Assembly: GCA_964434285.1 (NCBI GenBank)
Contig: CAYSUJ010000001.1
Span: 304,564-368,563 of the forward strand
From: an uncultured Candidatus Saccharibacteria bacterium
GTDB taxonomy: Bacteria; Patescibacteriota; Minisyncoccia; Phycocordibacterales; UBA2100
Direction of reading: 5' to 3'
Length of the DNA: 64,000 bases
Shown here: positions 26,954 through 36,084 of the stretch, one piece after another
Layout: the number at the start of each line of letters is the position of its first letter
Numbering within the stretch: the first letter of the stretch is position 1
Made by a program: the position numbers and the translations under genes
Notes under the pieces: generated by a model
The model's database searches: none
What the model saw: the letters and a program-made list of their open reading frames with translations, nothing else
Told to the model about the DNA's origin: nothing

Positions 26954-29900
26954 ATGGCCATGCAACGCTTTGCCCATCTGCATACCCATTCTCATTACTC
27001 CCTCCTCGAGGCGCTCCCCAAAATCGAAGAACTCATAGAGGCCGCAAAAGCAGACGGGCATGAGGCGCTCGCACTGACGGACGCCGGCAACATGTACGGC
27101 GCGATCGAGTTTTATAAAGCAGCAAAGGCGGCGGGGATAAAGCCTATTATTGGTGTCGATTTCTTCGTCGCACCGCGCACACGACACGATAAAGAACATC
27201 GTGTCGATGATCGCCCTTCCAGACTAGTACTTCTTGCAAAGGATATCACTGGCTATAAAAATCTCATCGAACTCGTCTCGATATCGTTCCTTGAGGGCTT
27301 CCACTTCCGCCCGCGGATCGATCGTGAACTCGTGGTCGCGCATCAGAAGGGACTCATCGCCATCCTTCCCTCGATTGAAGGCGAGCACGCAATTCATCTG
27401 AGTGACACCATGCCCGATAAAGCGGACGAATCGCTCGCATTTTACGCAAAGACGTTTGGCTCCGATCTCTTTCTCGAAATTTCGCATCACCCCGAGATCG
27501 AGCGGCACATGGATATGCAGAAAAAAGCGATCGATATGGCCCATGCAAAACAGATTCCACTGATCGCTGCGCAGGACGTCTACTATCTCAAGAAAGAGGA
27601 CGCCCTCGCACGAGAAATGGTGGACAAAATAAGAACGGGCGGCACGCTCGATCGAGAATTTGGTGCAAGTGTAGGCGATTTTTCTTTTATAACGGCCGCA
27701 GACGCCACAAAATTCTTTAAAGACACACCTCAAGCACTCGAAAACATTGGGCGCATAATTGACGCATGCAACATCGAGCTCGATCTCGGCAAATGGGTTT
27801 TCCCGGCAATCAAAGTCGAGAACGGTTCGTATGACGACGCGCTCCGAGAGCTCGCCTACAGGGGTTTTGTATCTCGCGGGTTGGAAAAAACACCCGAACT
27901 CCGCGAGCGCCTCGATTACGAGCTCTCTGTCATCGCAAAAAAGGGTTACTCTCCCTACTTTCTTGTCGTATCCGACCTTCTCCACTTTGCACATGAGCAC
28001 GGCATCCTCACGAACATCCGCGGCTCTGTCGCGGGTTCGCTCGTGACATATCTTTCCCACATCACAAACGTGAATCCGATAGAATACGGACTCCCCTTTG
28101 AGCGATTCCTGAATCCCGAGCGCCCCTCAGCGCCGGACATCGACATGGACTACGCCGATAATCGACGTGACGAGATGATCGCCTACGCGCGGCAGAAATA
28201 CGGCGAAGATCACGTGGCGCAAATAGGCACCTTCGGCACCATGATGGCACGCGCGGCCGTGCGCGACGTCTCACGCGCACTCGGCCACAGCTACGGCACC
28301 GGTGATCGCATCGCGAAGATGATCCCCTTCGGCAAACAGGGATTCCCCGTCACAATCGACAGCTCGCTCCAAGAAGTGCCCGAACTCGCGGAGGCCTACA
28401 AAAAAGACCCGGATGCCCGCGAGATTCTCGATATGGCACGCAAGGTGGAAGGCAACGCGAGGCACGTGGGTGTACACGCAGCGGGCGTCGTGATTGCACC
28501 AACACCCGTCACCGATTTCGTTCCCATTCAGCTCGACCCAAAGGGCGGCAAAATCATCACGCAGTACGACATGCATGCGGTGGAAGACGCGGGCCTCTTG
28601 AAGTTCGACTTCCTCGGACTCACCAACCTCTCCACACTCGCCGACGCGCGCGACCGCGTAAAGACGCGCCGCGGTATTGAAATAGATTTCGACAACCTGC
28701 CACTCGACGACCAAAAAACCTTCGATATGCTCTCCCGAGGCGAAACGCTCGGCGTCTTCCAGCTCGCGGGCGGCGGCATGACAAACCATCTGGTGGAACT
28801 CAAACCCTCAGTGATTCACGACATCAACGCTATGGTCGCCCTCTATCGCCCCGGTCCAATGAACTTCATTCCGCAATACATCGAACGCAAACACGACCCG
28901 CGGAAAGTCGTGTATCTCGACCCGCGCCTCGAACCGATTCTCAAGAAATCATACGGCGTCATCACCTATCAGGACGACGTTCTTCAGATCGCGATCCAGT
29001 TCGCTGGCTACTCATGGCTCGAGGCCGACAAGTTCCGCAAAGCGATGGGTAAAAAGATTCCGGCGGAAATGGCCGCGCAGAAAGAAAAGTTTACGAAAGG
29101 CTGTCTTGATATCGGCAAGATGCGCCCAGACGTGGTTCAGAAGCTCTGGGAGCAGATCGAAACCTTCGCTGCCTATGGCTTCAACAAAGCGCACGCGGCA
29201 TCCTATGGCCGCCTCGCCTATGAGACCGCCTATATGAAAGCGAATTACCCAGTGGATTACATGGCAGCAGTGCTCACCTCAGACGCAGGTGACGTCGACA
29301 AAATCGCGGAAGTCGTAGCCGAGTGCAAACGTATGAAGCTCACCATCCTCCCACCCCTCGTGAATGAAAGCCGCGGCACCTTCACGGTGATGGATGATAC
29401 AACAATCCGTTTTGGTTTGTACTCAATCAAGAATTTCGGCACGGGCATCGCAGATTCCATCATTGCCGAGCGCGAAAGCGTCGGGAAGTTCACCTCGATA
29501 GCTGATTTCCTCGCCCGCATTGGTGACAAAAATCTCAATAAGAAATCATTAGAAGCCCTCATCATGTGCGGCGCGCTCGACGACCTCGCACCCGAAGGAG
29601 GCGGGCGCAACACGCTCCTGAAAAATATCGAACTTCTCCTCACCTATCGCAAAGAAAGCCAAAGTGCACCCGTCGGGCAGGATTCACTCTTCGGCGCTTC
29701 GGTATCAAGTGCGCGCGCGGACCTCAGGCTTCCTGAGGAACAGCCAGCGACACAAGAAGTAAAATTAAAGTGGGAAAAGGAACTCCTCGGGTTCTATGTT
29801 TCTGGCCACCCGCTCGACAAGCACGCAGCCGTGCTCGCTCGCCAGAAAATGAACATCCCGCAGATGAAGGAGCGCTTCCCGCGAGGTGTGGAAACAGTCA

Positions 29901-30130
29901 TCGGCGGCATGTTGGAATCAACCCAACCCATTCTTACGAAAAAAGGCGAGCGCATGCTCTTCGGTCGCCTGGCTGATCAAGCAGGCTCGACAGAAATCGT
30001 CGTTTTCCCGAGCACACTTTCAGAAGCACCGACCATGTTCAACCCCGGCGCCTGTCTTATGCTCAAAGGAAAATTCAACGATCGAAACGGCGAGGCGAGT
30101 TTTGTAGTGGAAAAGGCGAAGGCGCTGTAA
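26954..30130 (+). CDS. dnaE: DNA polymerase III alpha subunit (short form, 1058 aa)
   Basis: PHP domain HLHTHSHYSLLEAL at the N-terminus, polymerase core and a C-terminal OB region. Confidence 0.9.
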   Translation: MAMQRFAHLHTHSHYSLLEALPKIEELIEAAKADGHEALALTDAGNMYGAIEFYKAAKAAGIKPIIGVDFFVAPRTRHDKEHRVDDRPSRLVLLAKDITGYKNLIELVSISFLEGFHFRPRIDRELVVAHQKGLIAILPSIEGEHAIHLSDTMPDKADESLAFYAKTFGSDLFLEISHHPEIERHMDMQKKAIDMAHAKQIPLIAAQDVYYLKKEDALAREMVDKIRTGGTLDREFGASVGDFSFITAADATKFFKDTPQALENIGRIIDACNIELDLGKWVFPAIKVENGSYDDALRELAYRGFVSRGLEKTPELRERLDYELSVIAKKGYSPYFLVVSDLLHFAHEHGILTNIRGSVAGSLVTYLSHITNVNPIEYGLPFERFLNPERPSAPDIDMDYADNRRDEMIAYARQKYGEDHVAQIGTFGTMMARAAVRDVSRALGHSYGTGDRIAKMIPFGKQGFPVTIDSSLQEVPELAEAYKKDPDAREILDMARKVEGNARHVGVHAAGVVIAPTPVTDFVPIQLDPKGGKIITQYDMHAVEDAGLLKFDFLGLTNLSTLADARDRVKTRRGIEIDFDNLPLDDQKTFDMLSRGETLGVFQLAGGGMTNHLVELKPSVIHDINAMVALYRPGPMNFIPQYIERKHDPRKVVYLDPRLEPILKKSYGVITYQDDVLQIAIQFAGYSWLEADKFRKAMGKKIPAEMAAQKEKFTKGCLDIGKMRPDVVQKLWEQIETFAAYGFNKAHAASYGRLAYETAYMKANYPVDYMAAVLTSDAGDVDKIAEVVAECKRMKLTILPPLVNESRGTFTVMDDTTIRFGLYSIKNFGTGIADSIIAERESVGKFTSIADFLARIGDKNLNKKSLEALIMCGALDDLAPEGGGRNTLLKNIELLLTYRKESQSAPVGQDSLFGASVSSARADLRLPEEQPATQEVKLKWEKELLGFYVSGHPLDKHAAVLARQKMNIPQMKERFPRGVETVIGGMLESTQPILTKKGERMLFGRLADQAGSTEIVVFPSTLSEAPTMFNPGACLMLKGKFNDRNGEASFVVEKAKAL

Positions 30131-30283
30131 AAAGAAAAAGAGAAAAAGAGTTGGACGAGATGCAATCCAACTCCCCTCGACACATTCCACTGCGCTTTAG
30201 CATCTCACGACAGTGGAGCGTCGGACGATACTTACATACGATGAGCTTTTGTCAACGATACTGGAGAATGCTAGGATTCGCGC

Positions 30284-31528
30284 ATGTCCGAACACGAAAT
30301 GAGCGAACGCGACCACAAGCGGCTCGGGAAGGAGCTCGATCTCTTCACCTTCTCTGATTCAGTTGGTAAGGGTCTCCCCCTCTACACGCCGAGGGGTGCC
30401 GCAATCTATCGCGAGCTTGAGAAATTCGTTCTTGAGGAAGAAACGAAGCGCGGCTACCAGCATGTTAAGACGACCGACATCGCAAAGCTCGATCTCTATC
30501 GCAAGAGCGGTCACTACCCTCACTACCAGGAATCCATGTACGCACCAATCGTAATTGATGATGAAGAATACATGCTCCGCCCGATGACTTGCCCCCATCA
30601 TTTTGAACTCTTCCTCTCACGCCCTCGCAGTTATCGCGAACTTCCGATCCGCTTTGCAGAACTCTCACAGCTCTACCGCTATGAACAATCGGGTGAACTT
30701 ATGGGACTTATCCGCACGCGCAGTTTCTGTCTTGCCGACGCCCATGTCATTTGTGCAACCGAAGAACAGGCAGTGCAAGAAGTCGGTCGTGCACTCGACT
30801 TGATCGAAGACATGACGAAAGTTTTTGGTCTTTCCCTCGGCACTGACTACCGATATCGTCTCTCTCTTGGCGATCGGGCGAACACGGAAAAATACTATAA
30901 AAATGACGCTGCCTGGGAAAAAGGTGAGGATCTCTTGCGTCAACTACTGGTCTCTCGTGGCTCACAGTTCGAGGAAGCGAAGGGAGAGGCCGCATTTTAT
31001 GGTCCGAAAATCGATATCCAGATGAAAAACGTGAATGGTAAAGAGGATACGGCGTTCACCGTGCAATACGATTTCTGCATGCCGGATCGCTTTGATCTCA
31101 ACTACACCGGTGAGGATGGCAAACCGCATCGCGTATTCGTCGTCCACCGCTCATCGATCGGTGCAATCGGCCGCATCATGGCATTTCTCATCGAGAAGTA
31201 TGCCGGTGCCTTTCCCACCTGGCTCTCGCCGGTACAGGTAAAAGTGCTTCCTATTTCCGAAAAGCATGTGGAGTATGCGCGTGGTGTCTTTGACCGCCTC
31301 TTGCAGAGCGGCGTGCGTGCGGAGCTTGATATATCGAACGAGTCACTCGGCAAAAAGGTGCGCAATGCAAAGGTTGAAAAAGTGCCCTATGTGCTCGTCA
31401 TCGGCGACGCAGAGGTTGAGGCAAGCACTGTCACCGTGGAGCATCGCGAAAAAGGCAAGCTCGGCGCGCAGAAGACGGAAGACTTTTTGTCCACACTCCT
31501 TGAGGAGATTCGCGAGCGTAAGAGCTAG
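30284..31528 (+). CDS. thrS: threonyl-tRNA synthetase, catalytic plus anticodon-binding domains only (no TGS or editing domains)
   Basis: The protein starts directly at RDHKRLGKELDLF and carries the class II motifs YRKSGHYPHYQESMY and LRPMTCPHHF; 414 aa versus about 640 for canonical bacterial ThrRS. Confidence 0.8.
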   Translation: MSEHEMSERDHKRLGKELDLFTFSDSVGKGLPLYTPRGAAIYRELEKFVLEEETKRGYQHVKTTDIAKLDLYRKSGHYPHYQESMYAPIVIDDEEYMLRPMTCPHHFELFLSRPRSYRELPIRFAELSQLYRYEQSGELMGLIRTRSFCLADAHVICATEEQAVQEVGRALDLIEDMTKVFGLSLGTDYRYRLSLGDRANTEKYYKNDAAWEKGEDLLRQLLVSRGSQFEEAKGEAAFYGPKIDIQMKNVNGKEDTAFTVQYDFCMPDRFDLNYTGEDGKPHRVFVVHRSSIGAIGRIMAFLIEKYAGAFPTWLSPVQVKVLPISEKHVEYARGVFDRLLQSGVRAELDISNESLGKKVRNAKVEKVPYVLVIGDAEVEASTVTVEHREKGKLGAQKTEDFLSTLLEEIRERKS

Positions 31529-31660
31529 AATGCAGTCATGGCAACTACAGATTATCTTGAGAAAGCTCTTGAAGACTTGAAATATTTCAAGAACGAGCTT
31601 GCGAAAAAACTAGAAGAGATAGATAAAAGATTAAAGGGTCTTGAGAGCAAGTAACCAACC

Positions 31661-31691
31661 AAAAACCGCCCGAAGGCGGTTTTTGGTTTCC
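31661..31691. terminator. bidirectional intrinsic terminator between thrS and the convergent surface-protein gene
   Basis: aaaaaccgcc-cgaa-ggcggttttt with an A-run on the left and ggtttcc on the right. Confidence 0.6.
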
Positions 31692-31708
31692 CTACAAGGA
31701 GAAGAATA

Positions 31709-32575
31709 TCACGAGAAGATGGAGCGAATTGCACGCATCTGGTTGTGCATAGCCGTCTTCACTTCACCCACGAACGAGAGTCGCATCACACCCGCCTGAT
31801 AGACAAGAAGATAGCCACCAGCAAGTGCGAAGGCAAGAAGCGCTGCCCAGTAGAGCATGTTCCCCGCTGAGCCGAAATCAATGCCTGTGTACGGAATCTG
31901 CGAGAGCGAGATGTACGGATAGCTCGCGCTGAATTGCTGATACTGCGGATACTGGTAGCTTGGGTATTGGTAGTTCGGATACTGGTAGTTGTACGAACCC
32001 GTGCCAGAAACGAACACCTCACATGACTGTGATTCGCCGTTGCCGTAGACAGTGAGGGTGAAGGTGCGGTCGTAGAGTGTTGAGACTGTCTGCGAGCCCC
32101 GCACTGGCACAGTGCCAACGCCCGAGAGATGTGCCGAACTTGCGTTCGAACTATTCCAGCGAAGGATCGCTCCACCGTTCCAGGTCTCCTCACGATAGAT
32201 CGAGCAGCCAGGTTCATCGTCATAGGAATTTCCATGACTGTAGCCGCGTACCTCAACGTCGGTCTCGCAAGAACCCGTGCCGCGATTGTTTTCGACAGTG
32301 AGCTTGAAGGTTGTATCTTCATCAACATACACCGTGCGCGAGCCGTGCGTGTTTACGTCGCCAATGTCTTCAATCCAGGCGTCGTCAGCATTATCAGAAC
32401 CCCAGGTGAGCACGACGGCACCGCCTTCATAGACGCTGTCGGGGCGTGCTGAGATCCAGCATGTCGCGTCCTCATCGTCATTGTTCGTATCATGCGAGGC
32501 GAACGCCGGCATAGCGCTCCCAAAGAGGACGAACGCCATGAGTGCAAACGCTGCTAACTGTGTTTTATAGGTCAT
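31709..32575 (-). CDS. secreted surface protein with two repeated beta-rich modules and a C-terminal IPYTG motif plus TM anchor
   Basis: Signal peptide MTYKTQLAAFALMAFVLFGSAMPAFA; two paralogous about 70-aa modules; LSQIPYTGIDFG followed by the hydrophobic helix YWAALLAFALAGGYLLV and a basic tail. Confidence 0.6.
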   Translation of the reverse strand: MTYKTQLAAFALMAFVLFGSAMPAFASHDTNNDDEDATCWISARPDSVYEGGAVVLTWGSDNADDAWIEDIGDVNTHGSRTVYVDEDTTFKLTVENNRGTGSCETDVEVRGYSHGNSYDDEPGCSIYREETWNGGAILRWNSSNASSAHLSGVGTVPVRGSQTVSTLYDRTFTLTVYGNGESQSCEVFVSGTGSYNYQYPNYQYPSYQYPQYQQFSASYPYISLSQIPYTGIDFGSAGNMLYWAALLAFALAGGYLLVYQAGVMRLSFVGEVKTAMHNQMRAIRSIFS

Positions 32576-32697
32576 AGATGTTTGTAGGGATTAGTAATAT
32601 CTGTACTCTGCTTCGGAAACGGCCGCTTTGCAAGCTTTTGCAAAGCGGCCGTCCCGTTTCACTTTTGGAGCGGCCGCGAGGCCTTTCGGGCGGCGGC

Positions 32698-33951
32698 TTA
32701 GCTGCGGTTAATCACGATGCGGGGCATCGAGCCATCGTGTGCCTTCACGATAGCCATCGAATCGTTCGTGCCCGCGCTCTTTCGGAGCGAAGCGACGATC
32801 GGAGCAACACGAGCCTCTGCTGCACGGAGCGCTGCGGCTTCCTTCTCGACGAGAATCGGTGCCTTAGGAGCAACAACTGCAGGAAGTGGCTTCTGTGTGC
32901 GCTTCGGGAGCATAGTGCCTGCGAAGGCGAACGCACCACCGCGGTAGTAGATCATGAGATAACTACCAGCGAATGCGAAAGCGATAAGAGCAGCCCAGTA
33001 GAGCGCGTTACCGATAGGACCAAGATCGAAGCCTGTGTATGGAATCTGGGTAAGAGACACATACGGCTGCTGCACAACTGGCGGAATGTAGACCGGCGGC
33101 TGCACAGGAGGCGTGTAGGTGTAGCCCTGGACGGTCGTTGAGCAGGTTGCGCTCGTGCCATTGTAACCATAGACGGTAAGCGTGTAGGTCGTCGTGTAGC
33201 CAGGATAGACCGTACGAGAACCTGAGACTTCAACAGAACCGACGTTCGAGAGGTATGCGCTCGATGCGTTCGTCGAAGACCATGAGAGGTATGCACTGTT
33301 GTTTCCGTAGTTGTAGTGACCACCCGAGAGTGCGTGGTTGATTGTGCAGTACGGAGCAGGATAGGTCTGGACGACAGGCACCTGCGGAGTCGCAACAACG
33401 ATAGAGGTGTTACCGCTATTGTAGTTGTTGAAGCTGTCTCGGATTGAGTTGTCGATGTTCGTCACGTTGTTCACGTTGGTGTTTGTCACCGTGTTGCTAT
33501 TGTAGTTCGAAGACGAACCGCCGGTAGAACGTGGTGGTTGGCTGTAGGATGGCACCCACGTGCTGTATCCCATGCCGTAGTTGCTGCCATAACTTCCGCC
33601 GCAGTATGATCCACAGCCGTAGTCGTACAAGGGAGTGTAGTAGTCGTAGCCCGCATCGTAGCCATAGTATCCGGCATCATAGCCTTCGTACCCAGCATCG
33701 TAGCCGTAATAGCCACTGTCGTAACCATTGTCGCCCCAAGAGCCAGCGTCATAGCCACCACCCCATAGGCCAGAGTCATAGCCAGTATCGGACCAAAGGC
33801 TGTCGCCGTTATACCCACCATCACCCCAGTAGCCACCATCGTAGCCGCCTTCGTACCAAAGATCTGCGGATGCAGAACCAGGAACAACGACACCTGCGAA
33901 GATGATGAAAACTGCGAGCACTTTAACGATACCGAGTGTATAAGAATTCAT
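32698..33951 (-). CDS. secreted Gly/Tyr-repeat and Asn-rich surface protein with an IPYTG motif plus TM anchor. The ORF track extends to 34356; the likely start is the ATG at 33951
   Basis: Signal peptide MNSYTLGIVKVLAVFIIFAGVVVPGSASA. GYDxGY repeats. One module paralogous to the neighbouring gene (LSWSSTNASSAYLSNVG...TLTVYGYNG). Pro-rich stalk. LTQIPYTGFDLG plus TM and a about 100-aa tail. Confidence 0.6.
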   Translation of the reverse strand: MNSYTLGIVKVLAVFIIFAGVVVPGSASADLWYEGGYDGGYWGDGGYNGDSLWSDTGYDSGLWGGGYDAGSWGDNGYDSGYYGYDAGYEGYDAGYYGYDAGYDYYTPLYDYGCGSYCGGSYGSNYGMGYSTWVPSYSQPPRSTGGSSSNYNSNTVTNTNVNNVTNIDNSIRDSFNNYNSGNTSIVVATPQVPVVQTYPAPYCTINHALSGGHYNYGNNSAYLSWSSTNASSAYLSNVGSVEVSGSRTVYPGYTTTYTLTVYGYNGTSATCSTTVQGYTYTPPVQPPVYIPPVVQQPYVSLTQIPYTGFDLGPIGNALYWAALIAFAFAGSYLMIYYRGGAFAFAGTMLPKRTQKPLPAVVAPKAPILVEKEAAALRAAEARVAPIVASLRKSAGTNDSMAIVKAHDGSMPRIVINRS

Positions 33952-34042
33952 AATATTATTACGACTACCAATAAAATTTTTATAATGCAAGAGGGTAAGA
34001 AGTTGAGGAGGGGTACTTGCGCAAGCGCGTTCCCCCGTCCCC

Positions 34043-34390
34043 TCACGATGCATCGTAGCCCCGCTTCGGCTTCTGCGGCGGCACCTCGCGATGCTGCCAC
34101 TTGCCGGCCGAGTTCGGCGCGACAGCTGCGTCAGCCTCGTCATCGCAGGTCTTTTGGACCTGAACGAACTGCGGTGTGTTTTTCGGACACCACATTTTCG
34201 GCTTCCCCGGGAACTGCGGGTGGTCCGTGCGAACCATGCAGTCCGGGGCGACTCGTGCGAGGCACTTCGCCGCGGCATTGCCCCAGGCGATCTCGCCCGG
34301 AGAAAGCTCCTGGGCAGCCGCAGAGGTGGCGAGCAGCGATGCAATCGTGATAGCAAGAAAGATCCTCATCGGATTCTCCTTGTTGTGCAT
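34043..34390 (-). CDS. small secreted Cys-containing protein
   Basis: Signal peptide MRIFLAITIASLLATSAAAQ and four Cys; 115 aa. Confidence 0.4.
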   Translation of the reverse strand: MHNKENPMRIFLAITIASLLATSAAAQELSPGEIAWGNAAAKCLARVAPDCMVRTDHPQFPGKPKMWCPKNTPQFVQVQKTCDDEADAAVAPNSAGKWQHREVPPQKPKRGYDAS

Positions 34391-34613
34391 GACGACCCCG
34401 TTGTCATGCGGTGTGAATGATCAATTACGGGGCATATACGCACCGTTTTTCGATGCAGACATGCCCTGTTCCGAACTGAAGTTTCGGAATTTTCGTAAAG
34501 AGCCGAAGGAGCAGATTTACCAAGTCATACTAGCACATATAAACCATTTGTCAATACCCCTCTCTAGGTTCAAAATAAGCCTTGAAACCGGGGTTTTATT
34601 GTACACTTCTGAT

Positions 34614-35588
34614 ATGAATTTAGACCGTCGTGATTTTTTAAGAAAGGCCGCTGCGGCATTGGCCGGGGCTACAGTATTAGGCGAAAATACAGAATCCGCT
34701 GAAGTCTTAAAGTATGTATCGAGTGAGTTATCCCCTGAAAGTATTTCCGCGCATAAGGAACGAGCTATCCGCACGTTGATGAAAAGCATCCCCCAGTCGC
34801 GTAAGTTCGATTATCTAAGGGCATACGAACCCTATCTGAAACACGAATCTCAAATGTATATACCCGGTCCGCAAGAGATAGGCACGGTTACAAAGAAATC
34901 TGGCAATGAATTCAATGCGTGGTGTGCATCACTACCGACGAACGGTCATGGTCTGTTCATTTTTGCAGATGCTCAAGGTGGAAAGAGAATGCAGCGGATG
35001 TATGTTCTAAAACGTACACGAAACAGCCAAATTCAATTTATAAAGGCATACAAGGTCTCACTCTCACGAGAAGGCTTCGGGAATGAGAAAGACTCAAGTA
35101 AAACCCCGCTTAGTGAACATACAATTCAGAGTAAAACCATTGGAAGATTCGGCGAACTGGTTTCGAAGAAGAAAACCCATAAGGACGATGAGAGGCTTTT
35201 CAAACACGCCAGAATTGAAGGGAAGGACCACTGGTTTGTGAATAGTTTTGGATATGAAAAAGATAATGAGCTCGCGGAGGTGGTAACGCATGAATTTCTT
35301 CTCGTCGGCCCCACAACCGGCGCCGATCGAGGCGTGAGAATTCATGGCACGAATCGTTCGGGCGGCCTCGGGGAGCGAAATGAGTGGATATCATATCTCG
35401 ACGGCGAAAGCTTAAGCACAGCGTGTATACGAATGTCGAATGTTGATGTGGCTGATCTGAACTTGAACAAATTTGCAGACAGGGGTGTTACCGTTTTTAT
35501 TTATGCAACGCCTGAGGCTGAAAGTGCTATTACGAGATTTACTGGCGACAATCCAGCCGGTCGCTGGAACCCTAACGATTATAAATAA
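34614..35588 (+). CDS. Tat-signal L,D-transpeptidase (YkuD family). The ORF track begins at 34176; the likely start is the ATG at 34614
   Basis: Twin-arginine signal MNLDRRDFLRKAAAALAGATVLG. Catalytic motif IHGTN...STACIRMSNVDVADL matching HG-(S/T)xGC(I/V)R. The gene looks AT-richer than its neighbours. Confidence 0.6.
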   Translation: MNLDRRDFLRKAAAALAGATVLGENTESAEVLKYVSSELSPESISAHKERAIRTLMKSIPQSRKFDYLRAYEPYLKHESQMYIPGPQEIGTVTKKSGNEFNAWCASLPTNGHGLFIFADAQGGKRMQRMYVLKRTRNSQIQFIKAYKVSLSREGFGNEKDSSKTPLSEHTIQSKTIGRFGELVSKKKTHKDDERLFKHARIEGKDHWFVNSFGYEKDNELAEVVTHEFLLVGPTTGADRGVRIHGTNRSGGLGERNEWISYLDGESLSTACIRMSNVDVADLNLNKFADRGVTVFIYATPEAESAITRFTGDNPAGRWNPNDYK

Positions 35589-35608
35589 TCTTCCATATAT
35601 AAAGTTTC

Positions 35609-35647
35609 GAGCGGATTCTCGAGATGAGAATCCGCTCGTTTCTGCTT
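35609..35647 (+). terminator. intrinsic terminator after the L,D-transpeptidase gene
   Basis: gagcggattctc-gagat-gagaatccgctc followed by gtttctgctt. Confidence 0.55.
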
Positions 35648-35960
35648 ACTGGATCGGCTCGCACCAGCAGGGCTTGCCGGGCAGGGGAACTCGTGCGAAT
35701 CCCTCGATGCACGGCCGGCACTGCGGCACATGCATGGTGGGCATTGCACGGTGCCGCGGACGGTACGTATGGTGACGATGTCCGTGGTGCCCGCGCGAGG
35801 TTCCGAAATGGAACCTGATCTCAGGACGCCGCGGCGTGCAGAACGTATACAGTGTCACCCCGCTGCGGCCGTAGTGTGGATCGCACTGCCCAGCCTCGGC
35901 GGCACCCGTGATGACGCCGACGAACATGAGGGCGAGAACCAGTGAAAGAACCTTGGTCAT
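35646..35960 (-). CDS. secreted Cys/His-rich small protein carrying one CxPC...PCWC module
   Basis: Signal peptide MTKVLSLVLALMFVGVITGAAEA; His-rich run HHGHRHHTYRPRH; QCRPCIEGFARVPLPGKPCWCEP. Confidence 0.55.
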   Translation of the reverse strand: MTKVLSLVLALMFVGVITGAAEAGQCDPHYGRSGVTLYTFCTPRRPEIRFHFGTSRGHHGHRHHTYRPRHRAMPTMHVPQCRPCIEGFARVPLPGKPCWCEPIQ

Positions 35961-36084
35961 TTCGTCTCTCCTTCTTTCAATGTTGAATTACGATGACCTG
36001 AAAAGGCACTCCTTTCAGCTCATAACAATTCCGAAGAAGGATTGTGGAGCAGGCATAGCGACGAGCGAATGCCTGCTCCAAGCT

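Noticed and set aside
30131-30283. Possible thrS leader regulatory hairpin gttggacgagatgcaatccaac
   Set aside because: A short 6-bp stem with a 10-nt loop. No T-box or tRNA-anticodon-arm mimic recognisable. Cannot be supported without comparative data.
31786-32328. 180-aa minus-strand ORF inside the 31709-32575 surface protein gene (other frame)
   Set aside because: Arg/Ser/Thr-rich alternative frame of a gene with clear signal peptide, repeats and anchor in the main frame.
33952-34356. 135-aa Arg-rich N-terminal extension of the GY-rich surface protein ORF
   Set aside because: Out-of-character composition (RRSRSGATMHREG...), antisense to the 34043-34390 gene. A perfect signal peptide starts at the internal ATG at 33951.
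34176-34613. 146-aa N-terminal extension of the L,D-transpeptidase ORF
   Set aside because: Antisense to the secreted Cys protein gene. The Tat signal peptide begins at the internal ATG at 34614.
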